Source: Deltaproteobacteria bacterium (GTDB taxonomy: Bacteria; Myxococcota_A; Polyangia; Fen-1088). From it: a stretch of DNA of 64,000 nucleotides. The notes under the pieces were generated by a model. The model did not search any database, was not told where the DNA came from, and saw only the letters and a program-made list of their open reading frames with translations. The position numbers and the translations under genes were made by a program. Numbering within the stretch: the stretch's first letter is position 1; each line of letters starts with the position of its first letter. Shown here piece after piece: positions 17,934 to 28,636 of the stretch. The stretch lies in assembly GCA_033763315.1 (NCBI GenBank), contig JANRKS010000005.1:128001-192000 (forward strand), in the 5' to 3' direction.

Positions 17934-19253
17934 CTATTCGTAGCGAAGAGCGTCGATCGGATCCAAACGCGACGCCCGCCACGCTGGATAAAACCCAAAC
18001 AGCAAACCAACCACCGTAGAGAAAGAAAATCCGATCGTGTAGCTTGCGGCACCGAGTTCTACGGGCCAATCCATTTGTTTGGCAAACGCCTGCGCGGCCA
18101 TCGTTCCTATGGCCATGCCGATGAATCCACCCGCAATTGTGAGCAGCATGGCCTCGAACAAGAACTGCAAGAGGATGTGATGGCCCTTGGCGCCGATGGC
18201 CATGCGGATGCCAATCTCGCGCGTGCGCTCCGTCACCGATACCAGCATGATGTTCATGATTCCGATGCCGCCCACGATCAACGAAACAGCGGCGATGCCA
18301 GCCAGCAACAAAGTCATGGTGCGCGTGGCTTCTTGCGCCGCTTCCGCAAACTCGGTGAGGTCGCGAACCGTGGGATCGGCGGGATCGCCTTCACTTGTGT
18401 TTTTGCGTTGGCGCAGCAGCTCTTGCGTTTGTTGTGCCGCGCGTTTTGTATCGGCCGCAGATTGTGCTGACAGCATAATGCGCTGAACGCGATCTAAGCC
18501 TGAACTGCCCGCCGCCGTGGGGGCAGCGGCCGCTGTGGTTCCGGTGGTGATGACGGTTGTTTGGGTGTTGGCCAACCGGGAAGCGCCTGAAGGGCCCGCG
18601 TTGAATAGCTTGCGGCGCACGGTGTTGATTGGCATCAAGATGGTGTCGTCTTGATCTTGGCCCATTTGATTTTGGCCTTTCTTGGCCAACACACCGATGA
18701 CTTCGCATGTGATGCTGCGCACGCGCAGCGTTTGCCCCAACGGCTCTTCAGCGCCAAACAATTGTTCAACCACTGTTTGCCCGATCACACACACCTTGTT
18801 GGCGGTATCCACGTCGCGGGCGCCAAAGCTTGAGCCGCGCTCCACCTTCCAGTCGCGGATGGTTAGGTAGTCCGGTGTGGTGCCCGTGATGCTGGTGGAC
18901 CAGTTGGCGCCGCTCCACATCACCTGCGCGTTAGAACTCACCACCGGAGCCGCGGCGCGCACCGCATCGCAGTGTTTGCGAATGGCTTCAACGTCGCCAT
19001 CTGTGAGGTTGCCGGAGCTGCCCGAGCCGCCTCGAACACCAGCCGATTGGCTTGAACCGCCAAACACCACCAACATGTTCGAGCCCATTGAGGCGATCTG
19101 AGCGTTGACCTTCTTGGTGGCACCACGGCCGATGGCCACCATGGTTATGAAGGCGCCCACGCCGATAATGATGCCCAGCGCAGTTAACAAAGCACGCATG
19201 CGGTGGCGGCTCAACGCACGCAGGGCGACCCATAACAGGGCGAGAAAATTCAT
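17934..19253 (-). CDS. MacB/FtsX-family ABC transporter permease
   Basis: LTALGIIIGV, VGGIGIMNIMLVSVTERTREIGIR, YPAWRASRLDPIDALRYE. Confidence 0.93.
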   Translation of the reverse strand: MNFLALLWVALRALSRHRMRALLTALGIIIGVGAFITMVAIGRGATKKVNAQIASMGSNMLVVFGGSSQSAGVRGGSGSSGNLTDGDVEAIRKHCDAVRAAAPVVSSNAQVMWSGANWSTSITGTTPDYLTIRDWKVERGSSFGARDVDTANKVCVIGQTVVEQLFGAEEPLGQTLRVRSITCEVIGVLAKKGQNQMGQDQDDTILMPINTVRRKLFNAGPSGASRLANTQTTVITTGTTAAAAPTAAGSSGLDRVQRIMLSAQSAADTKRAAQQTQELLRQRKNTSEGDPADPTVRDLTEFAEAAQEATRTMTLLLAGIAAVSLIVGGIGIMNIMLVSVTERTREIGIRMAIGAKGHHILLQFLFEAMLLTIAGGFIGMAIGTMAAQAFAKQMDWPVELGAASYTIGFSFSTVVGLLFGFYPAWRASRLDPIDALRYE

Positions 19254-20011
19254 GGTCGCACCTCCGTGGACGCGCGCTCCCGCGCAGGTGCCCCGCGACG
19301 GTGTTCGTTGCGGCGGTCCACCTCCACCTTGCCATCGCGAAACGCGATCACGCGCGCCGCGAATTCGGCAATGTCGGGCTCGTGCGTGACGAGCACGATG
19401 GTGACACCGCGTTCGGCATTCATGCGGCACAAAAGTTCCATCACCTCTTCGCTGGTTTTGGAATCTAGGTTGCCGGTGGGCTCGTCTGCCAAGATCAGCG
19501 GCGCGTTGGTCACAAGGGCGCGGGCGATCGCCACGCGCTGCTGTTGCCCTCCCGACATTTGGTTGGGGTGGTGGCCCGCGCGTGAGGCAAGCCCCACGTG
19601 TTCGAGGGCCACGGTCGCACGTTTAAATCGCTCCGCGGCTTTCACACCGGCATACGCCAAAGGCAGCTCCACGTTTTCACGCGCGCTTGTGCGTGCCAAC
19701 AGATTGAAGCCCTGAAACACGAAGCCAATTTTGCGGTTGCGTACCTCGGCGCGTTCGTCGCGGCTCAATGATGATACGGCGATGCCATCCAAAAGGTATT
19801 CGCCTGAGGTGGGGCGGTCCAAGCACCCCACCAGGTTCATGAATGTGCTCTTGCCAGAGCCCGAGGGGCCCATCACGGCCACGAAATCGCCGCGTTCGAT
19901 TTGCAACGTTACGCCCGCCAAGGCGTGCACTTGTTCGCCGCCCATGTCGTAAGTCTTGCGCAGGTCGCGCACAGCGATCAGCGCCTGCGGGCCGATGTTG
20001 TCTGGGCTCAT
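19250..20011 (-). CDS. ABC transporter ATP-binding protein (MacB/LolD-like)
   Basis: GPSGSGKST, MSGGQQQRV, ILADEPTGNLD. Confidence 0.95.
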   Translation of the reverse strand: MSPDNIGPQALIAVRDLRKTYDMGGEQVHALAGVTLQIERGDFVAVMGPSGSGKSTFMNLVGCLDRPTSGEYLLDGIAVSSLSRDERAEVRNRKIGFVFQGFNLLARTSARENVELPLAYAGVKAAERFKRATVALEHVGLASRAGHHPNQMSGGQQQRVAIARALVTNAPLILADEPTGNLDSKTSEEVMELLCRMNAERGVTIVLVTHEPDIAEFAARVIAFRDGKVEVDRRNEHRRGAPARERASTEVRP

Positions 20012-20020
20012 ACGCGACCG

Positions 20021-21334
20021 TTAGAACATGCGCGGCCCACGGCCGCGCATTGGGTTTTGGCCTTTGGCTTGCGCGGCGTTCATCGCGCCGCCCGTGGCTT
20101 CAATCACGATCTCATCGCCTTCTTTGATCTGGCCTTCGCGAACCTCGGTGTATTCGTCGTCGGCGACGCCCGGCTTGAATCGCAACGGCTGCACCAATTG
20201 ACCCACCGGCTTGTACACGCGCGAGAACAGCGCGCGATCGCCGCCGCCTGGCCGTCCAGCAGCGCCGCCGGCGCCGCCCCAGCGCCGACCTTCGCCCGCT
20301 GCAGGCGCGCCCTCGGGCTTGCCTTGCCGTTTGGCACCTGGATCTGTGCGCGCGGCGATAAGCTCGGGCGCCGGACGCCACCGCAATGCCGCGTTCGGCA
20401 CGCGCAGGACGTTGTCGCGCCGTTCGGTCACGATGCGCACATTCGCGGTCATGCCGGGCCGCAGGTGACCTTCGGGGTTCTCCACGCGCAAGATGGCGTC
20501 ATACGTCACCACGTTCTGCGTGACCGTGGGTTGCGCGCGCAATTGAAAGATCGTGGCCGTGAATTCTTCACCTGGATAGGCATCCACAGTGAAGCGCGCT
20601 TCGAGCCCTTCACGCAGTTTGCCCACGTCAGCTTCATCAATGGCTGTGCGCACTTCCATGCGCGACAGATCCTGCGCCACTGTGAACAACGTGGGCGCTT
20701 GCAGCGATGCAGCCACCGTTTGGCCCGTGTCAACCGCACGTGCAAGCACGACGCCTGAAATGGGCGATCGGATGGTGGTTCGTTCGAGATCAACCTTGGC
20801 GATGCCCACTTGAGCGCGCGCTTGTTCCACTTGCGCTTCAGATGATTGCAGATCCACCTGTGCCAGATCCAAGCGCGAGCGCAGCTGATCAAGTTCGGCG
20901 TCGCCGATCACGCCGCGCCCTTGCAAGGTTTGGCCGCGATCGATATCAAGCTTGGCTTGCTTGTAATTGACGCGCGCCCGCGCGGCGCTGGCCTCGGCGC
21001 TTTTGAGGTTGGCGTTGGCGTTTTCAAGGCTGGCCTTAAAGCGCGTGGGATCCAGTTGGGCCACGATTTGGCCCGCTTGCACGCGGTCGTTGAAGTCGAC
21101 AAAAAGCTTCAAGATGGTGCCTGACACTTGCGACCCCACCTGGACTGTCACCACCGCCGAAAGCGTGCCCGTGGCGGTGACCACCTGTTCCACCACGCCT
21201 CGTTCGACGCGCCCAACTTTGAACACCACCGGTGAGGTGTCCGCGGGCTTGCGCAACAAAAGATAAGTGGCGCCCCCCCCAATCAATGAAAGGCCGAGCA
21301 CCCATTTTGCAATTCTTGAAACCCGAGACGACAT
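20021..21334 (-). CDS. Periplasmic adaptor / membrane fusion protein (MacA-like)
   Basis: VGSQVSG, IRSPISGVV, GQTVAASLQAPTLF, LRPGMTA. Confidence 0.92.
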   Translation of the reverse strand: MSSRVSRIAKWVLGLSLIGGGATYLLLRKPADTSPVVFKVGRVERGVVEQVVTATGTLSAVVTVQVGSQVSGTILKLFVDFNDRVQAGQIVAQLDPTRFKASLENANANLKSAEASAARARVNYKQAKLDIDRGQTLQGRGVIGDAELDQLRSRLDLAQVDLQSSEAQVEQARAQVGIAKVDLERTTIRSPISGVVLARAVDTGQTVAASLQAPTLFTVAQDLSRMEVRTAIDEADVGKLREGLEARFTVDAYPGEEFTATIFQLRAQPTVTQNVVTYDAILRVENPEGHLRPGMTANVRIVTERRDNVLRVPNAALRWRPAPELIAARTDPGAKRQGKPEGAPAAGEGRRWGGAGGAAGRPGGGDRALFSRVYKPVGQLVQPLRFKPGVADDEYTEVREGQIKEGDEIVIEATGGAMNAAQAKGQNPMRGRGPRMF

Positions 21335-21448
21335 ATTTGTGATCTTTCCGATGCTTGTCCGCGGAGGCGGCGCGCTGCGAACACGAAAATGTACGGGGCG
21401 AAGTCCCAAAGGCAGGTAAAAGACTGGCAAAGGCGGGGGCAAAAGGCC

Positions 21449-23185
21449 TCACTTTTCGACGTTTACCCGCCCATCTGTGGTGTGCCGCACGGTTAAAACG
21501 CCGCCGGCAGCCAAGCTGGCCCAAGACCACCCATCTGGCCCTTGCGACGTCCGCATCAGCGTTTGACCTTTGGACGGCTGGTCCTGATCGCCCATCCATA
21601 CTCGTTGAGGTGGGGCAGCCATGCGTATCGTCTCTGTGGCCGCGGTGTCGTAGCTGCGGTAGTGAAGCGACGTGGCCGTATAGCGAACCTGCGTGATCAC
21701 CGAAGAGCTGCGCAGAATGTGGTCTTGGTCGATCGGGGCTAGTTCGGGCGCCGCCGCCATGGCCCGTAGGTAATGACGAACGTAATCACCGTAACCATCT
21801 GTCAGCCACACGTCGTCGCGCGGGTAGAAGTTCTTGCCATCTGTGTCCACCATGTATGTGGCCCAGTTCAAGCGTCGGATGGCGAGCGCCTTGCCCCCTG
21901 GATTCCCACTTAACTCTGCGTAGCGCAGTTCGGCCGCCGCTTGCCGTGAGGTATGGCTGTTGCCGGGCTGCCGGTAAGCTGTTTGTTCGTTGATCGCCAC
22001 CACGCCGTAACGCTGCCACTGGTTGTTGGGCAAGGTGGTTTGCACCCAATGCAAGATGTTGCCCACGTCCGTGCGCCAGTTTTCAAACTGATCGGTGTGG
22101 TTCATGATGTAGTCGGCAAACGTCACCGCATTGATCTGCGTGTCTGACCACCCCCACACGTCTTCAAAGAACGGGCCCCACTTGTTGGTTTTGCATGGAT
22201 AGGCTTTCATCCACGCCAACACAGTGGCAAACGCTTGCTTGTAAGCGGCCACCTTCTCATCGCCCATTTCCACCGTTTGGGTGGAATGTCCCGTGGCCAT
22301 CAGCGCGCTTTCGCGTTGCTGCTCGGCGCGCAGTTGCAGAAGGGCACTCCACAGCTCAAGCGTTCCTGACCAATTGCTGGTGTAGCTGGAGTGCTGCGGC
22401 TCTGACTGACCTTTGGCTGGTGCCAGTTGCCCCAGCTTGCCAGAGACCGCGTGCACCTTGAACGGCAACGGAGAATGATCTTGGTCGCCGGCGTGCGTGT
22501 GTTTGGCCAAGGTGTCGGCGATGTCCACCGCCGCTTGCAGATAACGCTCGTTGCCGGTGATCTTGTAAAGCGTGACGAGCTCGGCGCCGAGTGATCCCGC
22601 TTTGTCGGGTTGGGTAAAGCCGTGGCCAATCACCATATCGCCATCGTAAACGCCCGAATAAATCAGGGTGTTGTACGGATAAGGAATGTTGGGCCATTCC
22701 GCCGACGCCGGCGACAAACTATGCGACAGATACCAATCCGCCATGAACTTCATGTTCTCGACGATGCGATCGTGGGCGCGGTTCTCGAAGTTGCCCATGT
22801 ATTGGTAAAGCAGCGCCCACGACGACAGAGCCATCTGGATCTGATCGCCGCCGATGCCGCGATGATCGTCAAGCCGCGGCCGCCACACCTGGTGGTTCAT
22901 GTAGTAAGGCAAGCCATTGCGATCAACGGCCATGTTGTCCCAAAAGCCCCACACCAATCGCACGACGTGATCGTAAGCTGTGGCGGGATCGTCGCTTGCC
23001 CATGGCAAAATCATGCCGTGCGCGTCCGTGCGAATGCGGTGGTAGCCAAGCACCTGATCTCCCGTCCACACGGGCGTGTGATCTTCGGCCTTAGCCACAG
23101 GAGGCGCGACAGTGATGCAAGCGCCGCTGGCGCAAGCGGCACTCACGCAAAGTAAGGCGAGACAAAGCTGAGGGCGCACGCTCAT
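21449..23185 (-). CDS. Exported hypothetical protein, possibly (alpha/alpha)6 glycosidase-like
   Basis: Signal/lipobox-like N-terminus; Trp/Tyr/Asp-rich helical body (LYKITGNERYLQAAVDIAD, WGPFFEDV, WLTDGYGDY); ATGA-coupled to the permease. Confidence 0.6.
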   Translation of the reverse strand: MSVRPQLCLALLCVSAACASGACITVAPPVAKAEDHTPVWTGDQVLGYHRIRTDAHGMILPWASDDPATAYDHVVRLVWGFWDNMAVDRNGLPYYMNHQVWRPRLDDHRGIGGDQIQMALSSWALLYQYMGNFENRAHDRIVENMKFMADWYLSHSLSPASAEWPNIPYPYNTLIYSGVYDGDMVIGHGFTQPDKAGSLGAELVTLYKITGNERYLQAAVDIADTLAKHTHAGDQDHSPLPFKVHAVSGKLGQLAPAKGQSEPQHSSYTSNWSGTLELWSALLQLRAEQQRESALMATGHSTQTVEMGDEKVAAYKQAFATVLAWMKAYPCKTNKWGPFFEDVWGWSDTQINAVTFADYIMNHTDQFENWRTDVGNILHWVQTTLPNNQWQRYGVVAINEQTAYRQPGNSHTSRQAAAELRYAELSGNPGGKALAIRRLNWATYMVDTDGKNFYPRDDVWLTDGYGDYVRHYLRAMAAAPELAPIDQDHILRSSSVITQVRYTATSLHYRSYDTAATETIRMAAPPQRVWMGDQDQPSKGQTLMRTSQGPDGWSWASLAAGGVLTVRHTTDGRVNVEK

Positions 23186-24696
23186 CGCCCCAACGCCCTG
23201 AGTTTCGAGCGCTTTCGCGAGTAACCGAAATAGATCATGAGGCCGATCGCCAGCCACACAAACAGACGCAAGATGGTGTGGATTGTGGCCGTGCACATCA
23301 GGACGCCTGACGATAAGGCGCCCAGAATGGGCACCACGAAGGGGCCCCCCGGCACGCGAAACACGCGCGGCAAATGCGGCTGCCGCAAGCGCAGCATCAT
23401 CACCCCCAAGCTCACCAACACGAAGGCGAACAGCGTACCGATGCTGGTGAGTTCCGCGAGCACTTCGATCGGCAAAAGACCGCCGGCGGCTGCACACACG
23501 AAGCCAGTGATGATTGTGGTGATGTAAGGCGTGCCAAAGCGCGGGTGAATCTTCGTGGCCACTTGCGGAAACAGCCCATCCAGCGCCATCGAGAAGAAGA
23601 TGCGGGGCTGGCCCATCAACATCACCAGCATCACCGAAGTGAGCCCGGCGATGGCGCCCACCTCCACCGCGGTTTCAAGCCAACCGATACCGGTGGCCGC
23701 GATGCCCACCGCGATGGGGTGGGGCACGTTCAACTGCGTAAAGGGCACGATGCCCGTGAGCACCAACGACACCGCGATGTAAAGGATGGTGCAGATGCCG
23801 AGCGAACCCAAGATCCCGATGGGCAAATCACGCTGCGGGTTGCGCGTTTCCTGCGCGGCAGTTGAGACGGCGTCGAAGCCTATGTAAGAAAAGAACACCA
23901 TCGTGGCGCCTTGAAAGACGCCCGAAATGCCGAAGCGGCCGAACACGCCTTCGTTGGGCGGAATGAATGGATGCCAATTTTCGGGCGACACAAACTTCAC
24001 GCCGAACGCCACGAACGCCAGCACCACCGCCAATTTGACGAACACGATGACGGCGTTAAAGCGCGCCGATTCGCGAATGCCGATGACCAGAATCACAGTG
24101 ACCGCCAGCACGATAAAAACCGCGGGCAAGTTGATGAAGTCGCCCGTGCCCACGAAGTGGCCGCCCAGAGCTGCGGCGTGATCGGGGACCCAATTAAACG
24201 GCGCTTGGGACCAGGCTTTGGGCAGCGGTTTGCCTGTCAGATGTTGCACGAAGGCGCCCACGTAGCCTGACCAGCCCACGCTCACAGCGGCGGCGGCGAC
24301 CAAGTATTCAAGAATGAGGTCCCAACCAATGATCCACGCCACAAATTCGCCCAAGGTGGCGTAGGCGTAAGTGTAGGCACTGCCCGCCACCGGAATCATC
24401 GAGGCCATCTCGGCGTAACACAGACCCGCGAACACGGAAGCCACTCCCGCAATGACGAACGACAAGGCGACAGCTGGGCCAGCGTTCCCCGCGGCCGCGC
24501 GGCCCGTGAGAACGAAGATGCCGGTGCCGATGATGGCGCCTATGCCCAACAACACCAGATCCATCGCACCCAAGGTGCGTTTGAAGCCATGCCCCTGTTC
24601 GGCATCGGCTTGTAACGAATCGATGGACTTGCGGGCCAGCAGCTGGCGGCCAATCGACGCTGCGGGTGGCGGTGAAGGCATAGGGTTGTCGGTCAT
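23182..24696 (-). CDS. APC-family amino acid permease (cationic amino acid transporter-like)
   Basis: GIGAIIGTGIF, GSAYTY, FFSYIGFDAV, RIFFSMALDGL. Confidence 0.93.
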   Translation of the reverse strand: MTDNPMPSPPPAASIGRQLLARKSIDSLQADAEQGHGFKRTLGAMDLVLLGIGAIIGTGIFVLTGRAAAGNAGPAVALSFVIAGVASVFAGLCYAEMASMIPVAGSAYTYAYATLGEFVAWIIGWDLILEYLVAAAAVSVGWSGYVGAFVQHLTGKPLPKAWSQAPFNWVPDHAAALGGHFVGTGDFINLPAVFIVLAVTVILVIGIRESARFNAVIVFVKLAVVLAFVAFGVKFVSPENWHPFIPPNEGVFGRFGISGVFQGATMVFFSYIGFDAVSTAAQETRNPQRDLPIGILGSLGICTILYIAVSLVLTGIVPFTQLNVPHPIAVGIAATGIGWLETAVEVGAIAGLTSVMLVMLMGQPRIFFSMALDGLFPQVATKIHPRFGTPYITTIITGFVCAAAGGLLPIEVLAELTSIGTLFAFVLVSLGVMMLRLRQPHLPRVFRVPGGPFVVPILGALSSGVLMCTATIHTILRLFVWLAIGLMIYFGYSRKRSKLRALGR

Positions 24697-24823
24697 TGGC
24701 TGCTATTGGTACCACGCTTTGCGCGCCCTTTTGCCGGGTTTTGGGCCGGGGCGGCTCAATGATCGGGCTGGTTTCGCGCAGCGGTGCCCAGACCGCGATA
24801 TCATGGGGGCCGGGCGGTGACTG

Positions 24824-25687
24824 ATGATCCACGAAAAAACGCGCGCAGGTTTTGACGGGCCTTTGATGTTTGGCGTTCTGCTGCTGGCGTCTGTGATCGA
24901 CGCTTATGCCTTTTACCAGCAGGCGCAACGCCAAGATCCCATTAAGCTTGGTGTGGCCGTGCTGTGTGGTGCCGCATTGCTGTTGGCCTGGAAGGGCTTC
25001 ACCATGGTGAACCCGAACGAGGCGCAGGTGCTGCAGTTGTTTGGCAGCTACACCGGCACCGTTAAGGCGTCCGGTTTGCGCTGGGTGAACCCGTTGGCGA
25101 CCCGGCGCAAAGTGAGTTTGCGGGCCGTGAGCTTTGAAAGCAGCCATCTCAAGGTCAACGATCTTGACGGAAACCCGATCGAAATCGCCGCGATCGTTGT
25201 GTGGCGGGTGGTGGACACAGCTAAGGCCAGCTTCGAGGTGGATTCGCATGCAGGCTTCGTGCAGGTGCAAAGCGAAGCGGCGCTGCGCAACTTGGCCACG
25301 CGGTACGCCTACGACGCTCACGATGACAAGCGGCCGTCGTTGCGCGGTCACACCGCTGAGATTGCGGAGCACCTGCGTGTGGAAGTGCAAGAGAAGGTGA
25401 ATCTGGCCGGCGTGGAAATCATCGACGCCCGCATCAGCCACCTGGCGTACGCGCCCGAGATTGCTCAAGCGATGTTACAGCGTCAGCAGGCCGACGCCAT
25501 CATCGCCGCGCGGCAGAAGATCGTGGATGGCGCCGTGGGGATGGTTGAAATGGCGCTGGAGCGCTTGTCACGCAACCAAACGGTGCAGCTGAACGAAGAT
25601 CGCAAGGCCGCGATGGTGTCAAACCTGCTCGTGGTGCTGTGTGGCGAGCGTTCCACGATCCCTACGGTCAACGCCGGCAGCTCGTGA
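24824..25687 (+). CDS. SPFH/Band 7 domain protein
   Basis: [41 protein letters not shown]. Confidence 0.9.
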   Translation: MIHEKTRAGFDGPLMFGVLLLASVIDAYAFYQQAQRQDPIKLGVAVLCGAALLLAWKGFTMVNPNEAQVLQLFGSYTGTVKASGLRWVNPLATRRKVSLRAVSFESSHLKVNDLDGNPIEIAAIVVWRVVDTAKASFEVDSHAGFVQVQSEAALRNLATRYAYDAHDDKRPSLRGHTAEIAEHLRVEVQEKVNLAGVEIIDARISHLAYAPEIAQAMLQRQQADAIIAARQKIVDGAVGMVEMALERLSRNQTVQLNEDRKAAMVSNLLVVLCGERSTIPTVNAGSS

Positions 25688-25702
25688 TGATGTAACGCCG
25701 CC

Positions 25703-26983
25703 GTGAACAGCCGCTGCGTTGTTGAGAAACAACGTGGGTGCAGCCGCATTTTTATGGACCTGGCCGCCCTGGTCTTCCAGATTACCGTCGTGTCAGTGCC
25801 GTCACGTCTTCGCATCCGCGCCCAAGCCGGGGTGGTGCTGCTTGTGTGTATCGTTCAAGGGCCGTTGGTGGCGTCATCGGCGTACTTTTCTTGGTGGTTG
25901 GCGCTGGGCGTGGCGGTGTTCGGCGCGTTTGTGTCGTTGCCTGTCATTGGACAGCTGCTGCGCAGCCCATGGGACCACAAGCCGCGTTCGGCCTTACACA
26001 AATATTTGGTGATGTGGCCGTTTTACAGTTGGTGGACGCTGAGCTTGATGTTCGCGTTGACGGCGCCGCCCTTATTGCTGTTGGGCGGGCTAACACCTTT
26101 AACCACGGCCCAAGCGTTGTTGATTGCGTTGGGCTTAGGCTTCGTGGGTGCGTTTCGCGCCCTGCGGCCGCGGGCACACGTGGCAAAGAGGCGCCTGCCC
26201 TTGTCACGCCTGGCGGCCCCGTTTGACGGTTTCAAGATTGTGCAGCTGAGCGACATTCACTGCGGTCCGTTTACACCTGCCCGTTTGGTTGGCAAGTGGG
26301 TGGCGCGCGCCAACGCACTCAAGCCTGATTTGATCGTGGTCACAGGCGATCTCATCACCACGGGATCTGATTACATCGAAGAGATGGCGGCGGCGTTGGG
26401 AAAGCTGCAGGCGCCGTGTGGCGTGCTTGCGTGTCTTGGCAACCACGATTACTTCGGCACAGGTGGCGCGGTGGGGCCGGCCTTGCAACGCCATGGCATC
26501 AACGTGCTCAACAACCGCGGCATCACGTTGCAAAGGCAAGGCGAATCGCTTTACGTGGCCGGGGTGGACGACAATTGGAGTGGACGTGACGACTTGCCGC
26601 GCGCGCTGCGTGAGCGGCCTGCGCTGGCGGCCACGGTGCTGCTGGCCCACGATCCAAACTTGTTCCATAAGGCCATCGCCGCGCAGGTTGATCTTACCTT
26701 GTCGGGGCACACGCACGGGGGCCAATTCGCTGTGCCGTGGATGGTGCGAAGGTTCAACCTCGCGCGCATGGTGACCCCGTTCACCTCTGGCCTGTACCGC
26801 CACCGCCAAAGCTTGCTTTACGTGAACCACGGCCTTGGCACAAGCGGTCCGCCGATCCGTTTGGGCGCGCGCCCTGAACTGGCGTTGTTGACGCTGGTGA
26901 GGGATGAAAGTGGCAAGGGCGAATCCTTTGTGCCGCTGACAACGGCACAAAGGGCAAGCGTAGACGTCGAAGTCCACGGCTAA
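25703..26983 (+). CDS. Membrane-anchored metallophosphoesterase (YkuE/YaeI-like)
   Basis: [23 protein letters not shown]. Start may be 25754 or later. Confidence 0.88.
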   Translation: MNSRCVVEKQRGCSRIFMDLAALVFQITVVSVPSRLRIRAQAGVVLLVCIVQGPLVASSAYFSWWLALGVAVFGAFVSLPVIGQLLRSPWDHKPRSALHKYLVMWPFYSWWTLSLMFALTAPPLLLLGGLTPLTTAQALLIALGLGFVGAFRALRPRAHVAKRRLPLSRLAAPFDGFKIVQLSDIHCGPFTPARLVGKWVARANALKPDLIVVTGDLITTGSDYIEEMAAALGKLQAPCGVLACLGNHDYFGTGGAVGPALQRHGINVLNNRGITLQRQGESLYVAGVDDNWSGRDDLPRALRERPALAATVLLAHDPNLFHKAIAAQVDLTLSGHTHGGQFAVPWMVRRFNLARMVTPFTSGLYRHRQSLLYVNHGLGTSGPPIRLGARPELALLTLVRDESGKGESFVPLTTAQRASVDVEVHG

Positions 26984-26995
26984 GGCATCGAATCT

Positions 26996-28609
26996 CTAAA
27001 AGGGGCAGGCGCTAACGATCGTTAGGCGGGCACGGGTGATCGGATGAACAAAGGCTAAAGATTCAGCGTGCAGCATCAAACGCGCACCCGGGGTGCCATA
27101 AAGCCTGTCACCTTCGATCGGGGCCCCTAACCCCAGAGTATGCGACACGTGTACGCGCAACTGGTGCGTGCGGCCCGTCAGCGGCCACAGGGTCAATTTC
27201 GTGCGACTCGGCTGGCGCTCGCGCACCGCCCATCGCGTCTCGGCGAATTTGCCATGGTGCGGATCCACGATCTGGCGTGGCCGATCATCTACGTCCAGTC
27301 GCAGCGGCAAGGTGATCGTTCCTTCATCTGCCACAACCACGCCATCGACCCACGCTGTGTATCGCTTTTGCACTTCACGGTGCAGGAACTGCCTTTGCAG
27401 CTGCACGTAAACGTCGAAGGTTTTGGCGGCCAACACCACGCCTGACGTGTCTTGATCCAGGCGGTGCACAAGCCAAGGACCTGGTGGGTTGCCAGGCCGT
27501 TGCTCTTGCAACCACGTGAGCAGCGACGGCGCTGGGCTGCGTCCCGGCACCGAAAGCAGTGAAGCGGGCTTATCCAGCACGATCAACCATTCGTCCTCGA
27601 ACAGGATCGCAGGCGTGCGCGGTTGCGTTTGCGCAGGTGCTTGGTGAACCTCAAGGCCCTGCAACATGAAGCCGAGGATCGGACCACACTTGCCTTTGCA
27701 CGAAGGGTAAAACTGTCCTGCGATGCGGCCGCCCGTGGGCGGAGATGGTCCCCACCAAAACTCTGCCAGAGCGCGCGGCCTCAGCCCGTGCGCGTAGGCA
27801 TACGCCAGCAACTTGGGCGCCGCGCAGTCACCCGCGCCGGAAGGCGGGTCACCCGGCGCGAACAACTGCCGCAACCTCGCCGCTTCGCCGCGCGCGTTCC
27901 GCAGCACGTACGTATCCGCAATCGCGCGCATGAGCTTTCGGCACAATGCCAAGCGCTGCCGTTCCAAGGCCGCCGCTCTGCGCGCCATCCGCTGCCAAAC
28001 TACATTGACTGGCAGCGCCGCCGCGGATTGTGCCTGCACCAGCGCACGGCGCTCCGCTTTGTCAGCGCGGCTAGCTTGCTCCAAAGCAAGCAACGCCTCG
28101 GCTGTGGCGTGTCCGCTTTGTGTCAACCGTTGCCGTTGCTGCGCGCGCGCTTGTTTGGCTGCTTTGTGCTTTTCTCCCAGCTGGGCAAGTGCCTGTTGGT
28201 GCGACGTTTGTTGATCGTGCCACGCGGCGTGCGCGTTAACAAACCCAGGCGACGATCGAAGAGCCGCCTCTTGCGCCAACAAGGCTTTAACCATCAACGC
28301 ACCCACGGGCTCAATGTTATTTCGGGAAGCCTCGTCGAACGCCGGGGCCACAAAGCCTGGAAGATGCCAGCCACCTTCCCAAAGCCCAGAAAACGCTTTG
28401 AGGTATCCCCATCGCCCGCCCGGCGCCTGCACCAACAGCAGCCCCACCATCTTTCCTTCGCTTGTGGACAGCGCGCTCAGTTCGCGCATCACGTCGGCGG
28501 CCACGGCGCGAAGCAAGCCATCGGGGCACGCCGGATCGGTGAACGGATCCGTGAACGCCGGTTCATCGCACTGGGGCGAAGGCAGCGGAAAGAAGTTCGC
28601 TTTCACCAA
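26996..28609 (-). CDS. RluA-family pseudouridine synthase with N-terminal extension
   Basis: DKPASLLSVPG, HRLDQDTSG, TGRTHQLRVH, LHAESL; GKMVG and GAGDCAAPKLL of the long form. Confidence 0.9.
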   Translation of the reverse strand: MVKANFFPLPSPQCDEPAFTDPFTDPACPDGLLRAVAADVMRELSALSTSEGKMVGLLLVQAPGGRWGYLKAFSGLWEGGWHLPGFVAPAFDEASRNNIEPVGALMVKALLAQEAALRSSPGFVNAHAAWHDQQTSHQQALAQLGEKHKAAKQARAQQRQRLTQSGHATAEALLALEQASRADKAERRALVQAQSAAALPVNVVWQRMARRAAALERQRLALCRKLMRAIADTYVLRNARGEAARLRQLFAPGDPPSGAGDCAAPKLLAYAYAHGLRPRALAEFWWGPSPPTGGRIAGQFYPSCKGKCGPILGFMLQGLEVHQAPAQTQPRTPAILFEDEWLIVLDKPASLLSVPGRSPAPSLLTWLQEQRPGNPPGPWLVHRLDQDTSGVVLAAKTFDVYVQLQRQFLHREVQKRYTAWVDGVVVADEGTITLPLRLDVDDRPRQIVDPHHGKFAETRWAVRERQPSRTKLTLWPLTGRTHQLRVHVSHTLGLGAPIEGDRLYGTPGARLMLHAESLAFVHPITRARLTIVSACPF

Positions 28610-28636
28610 GCGGCAAAAGCTAGCACACACCGCCCT

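Noticed and set aside
24308-25468. 386-aa minus-strand ORF
   Set aside because: Shadow of the SPFH gene and out of frame with the permease; no motifs.
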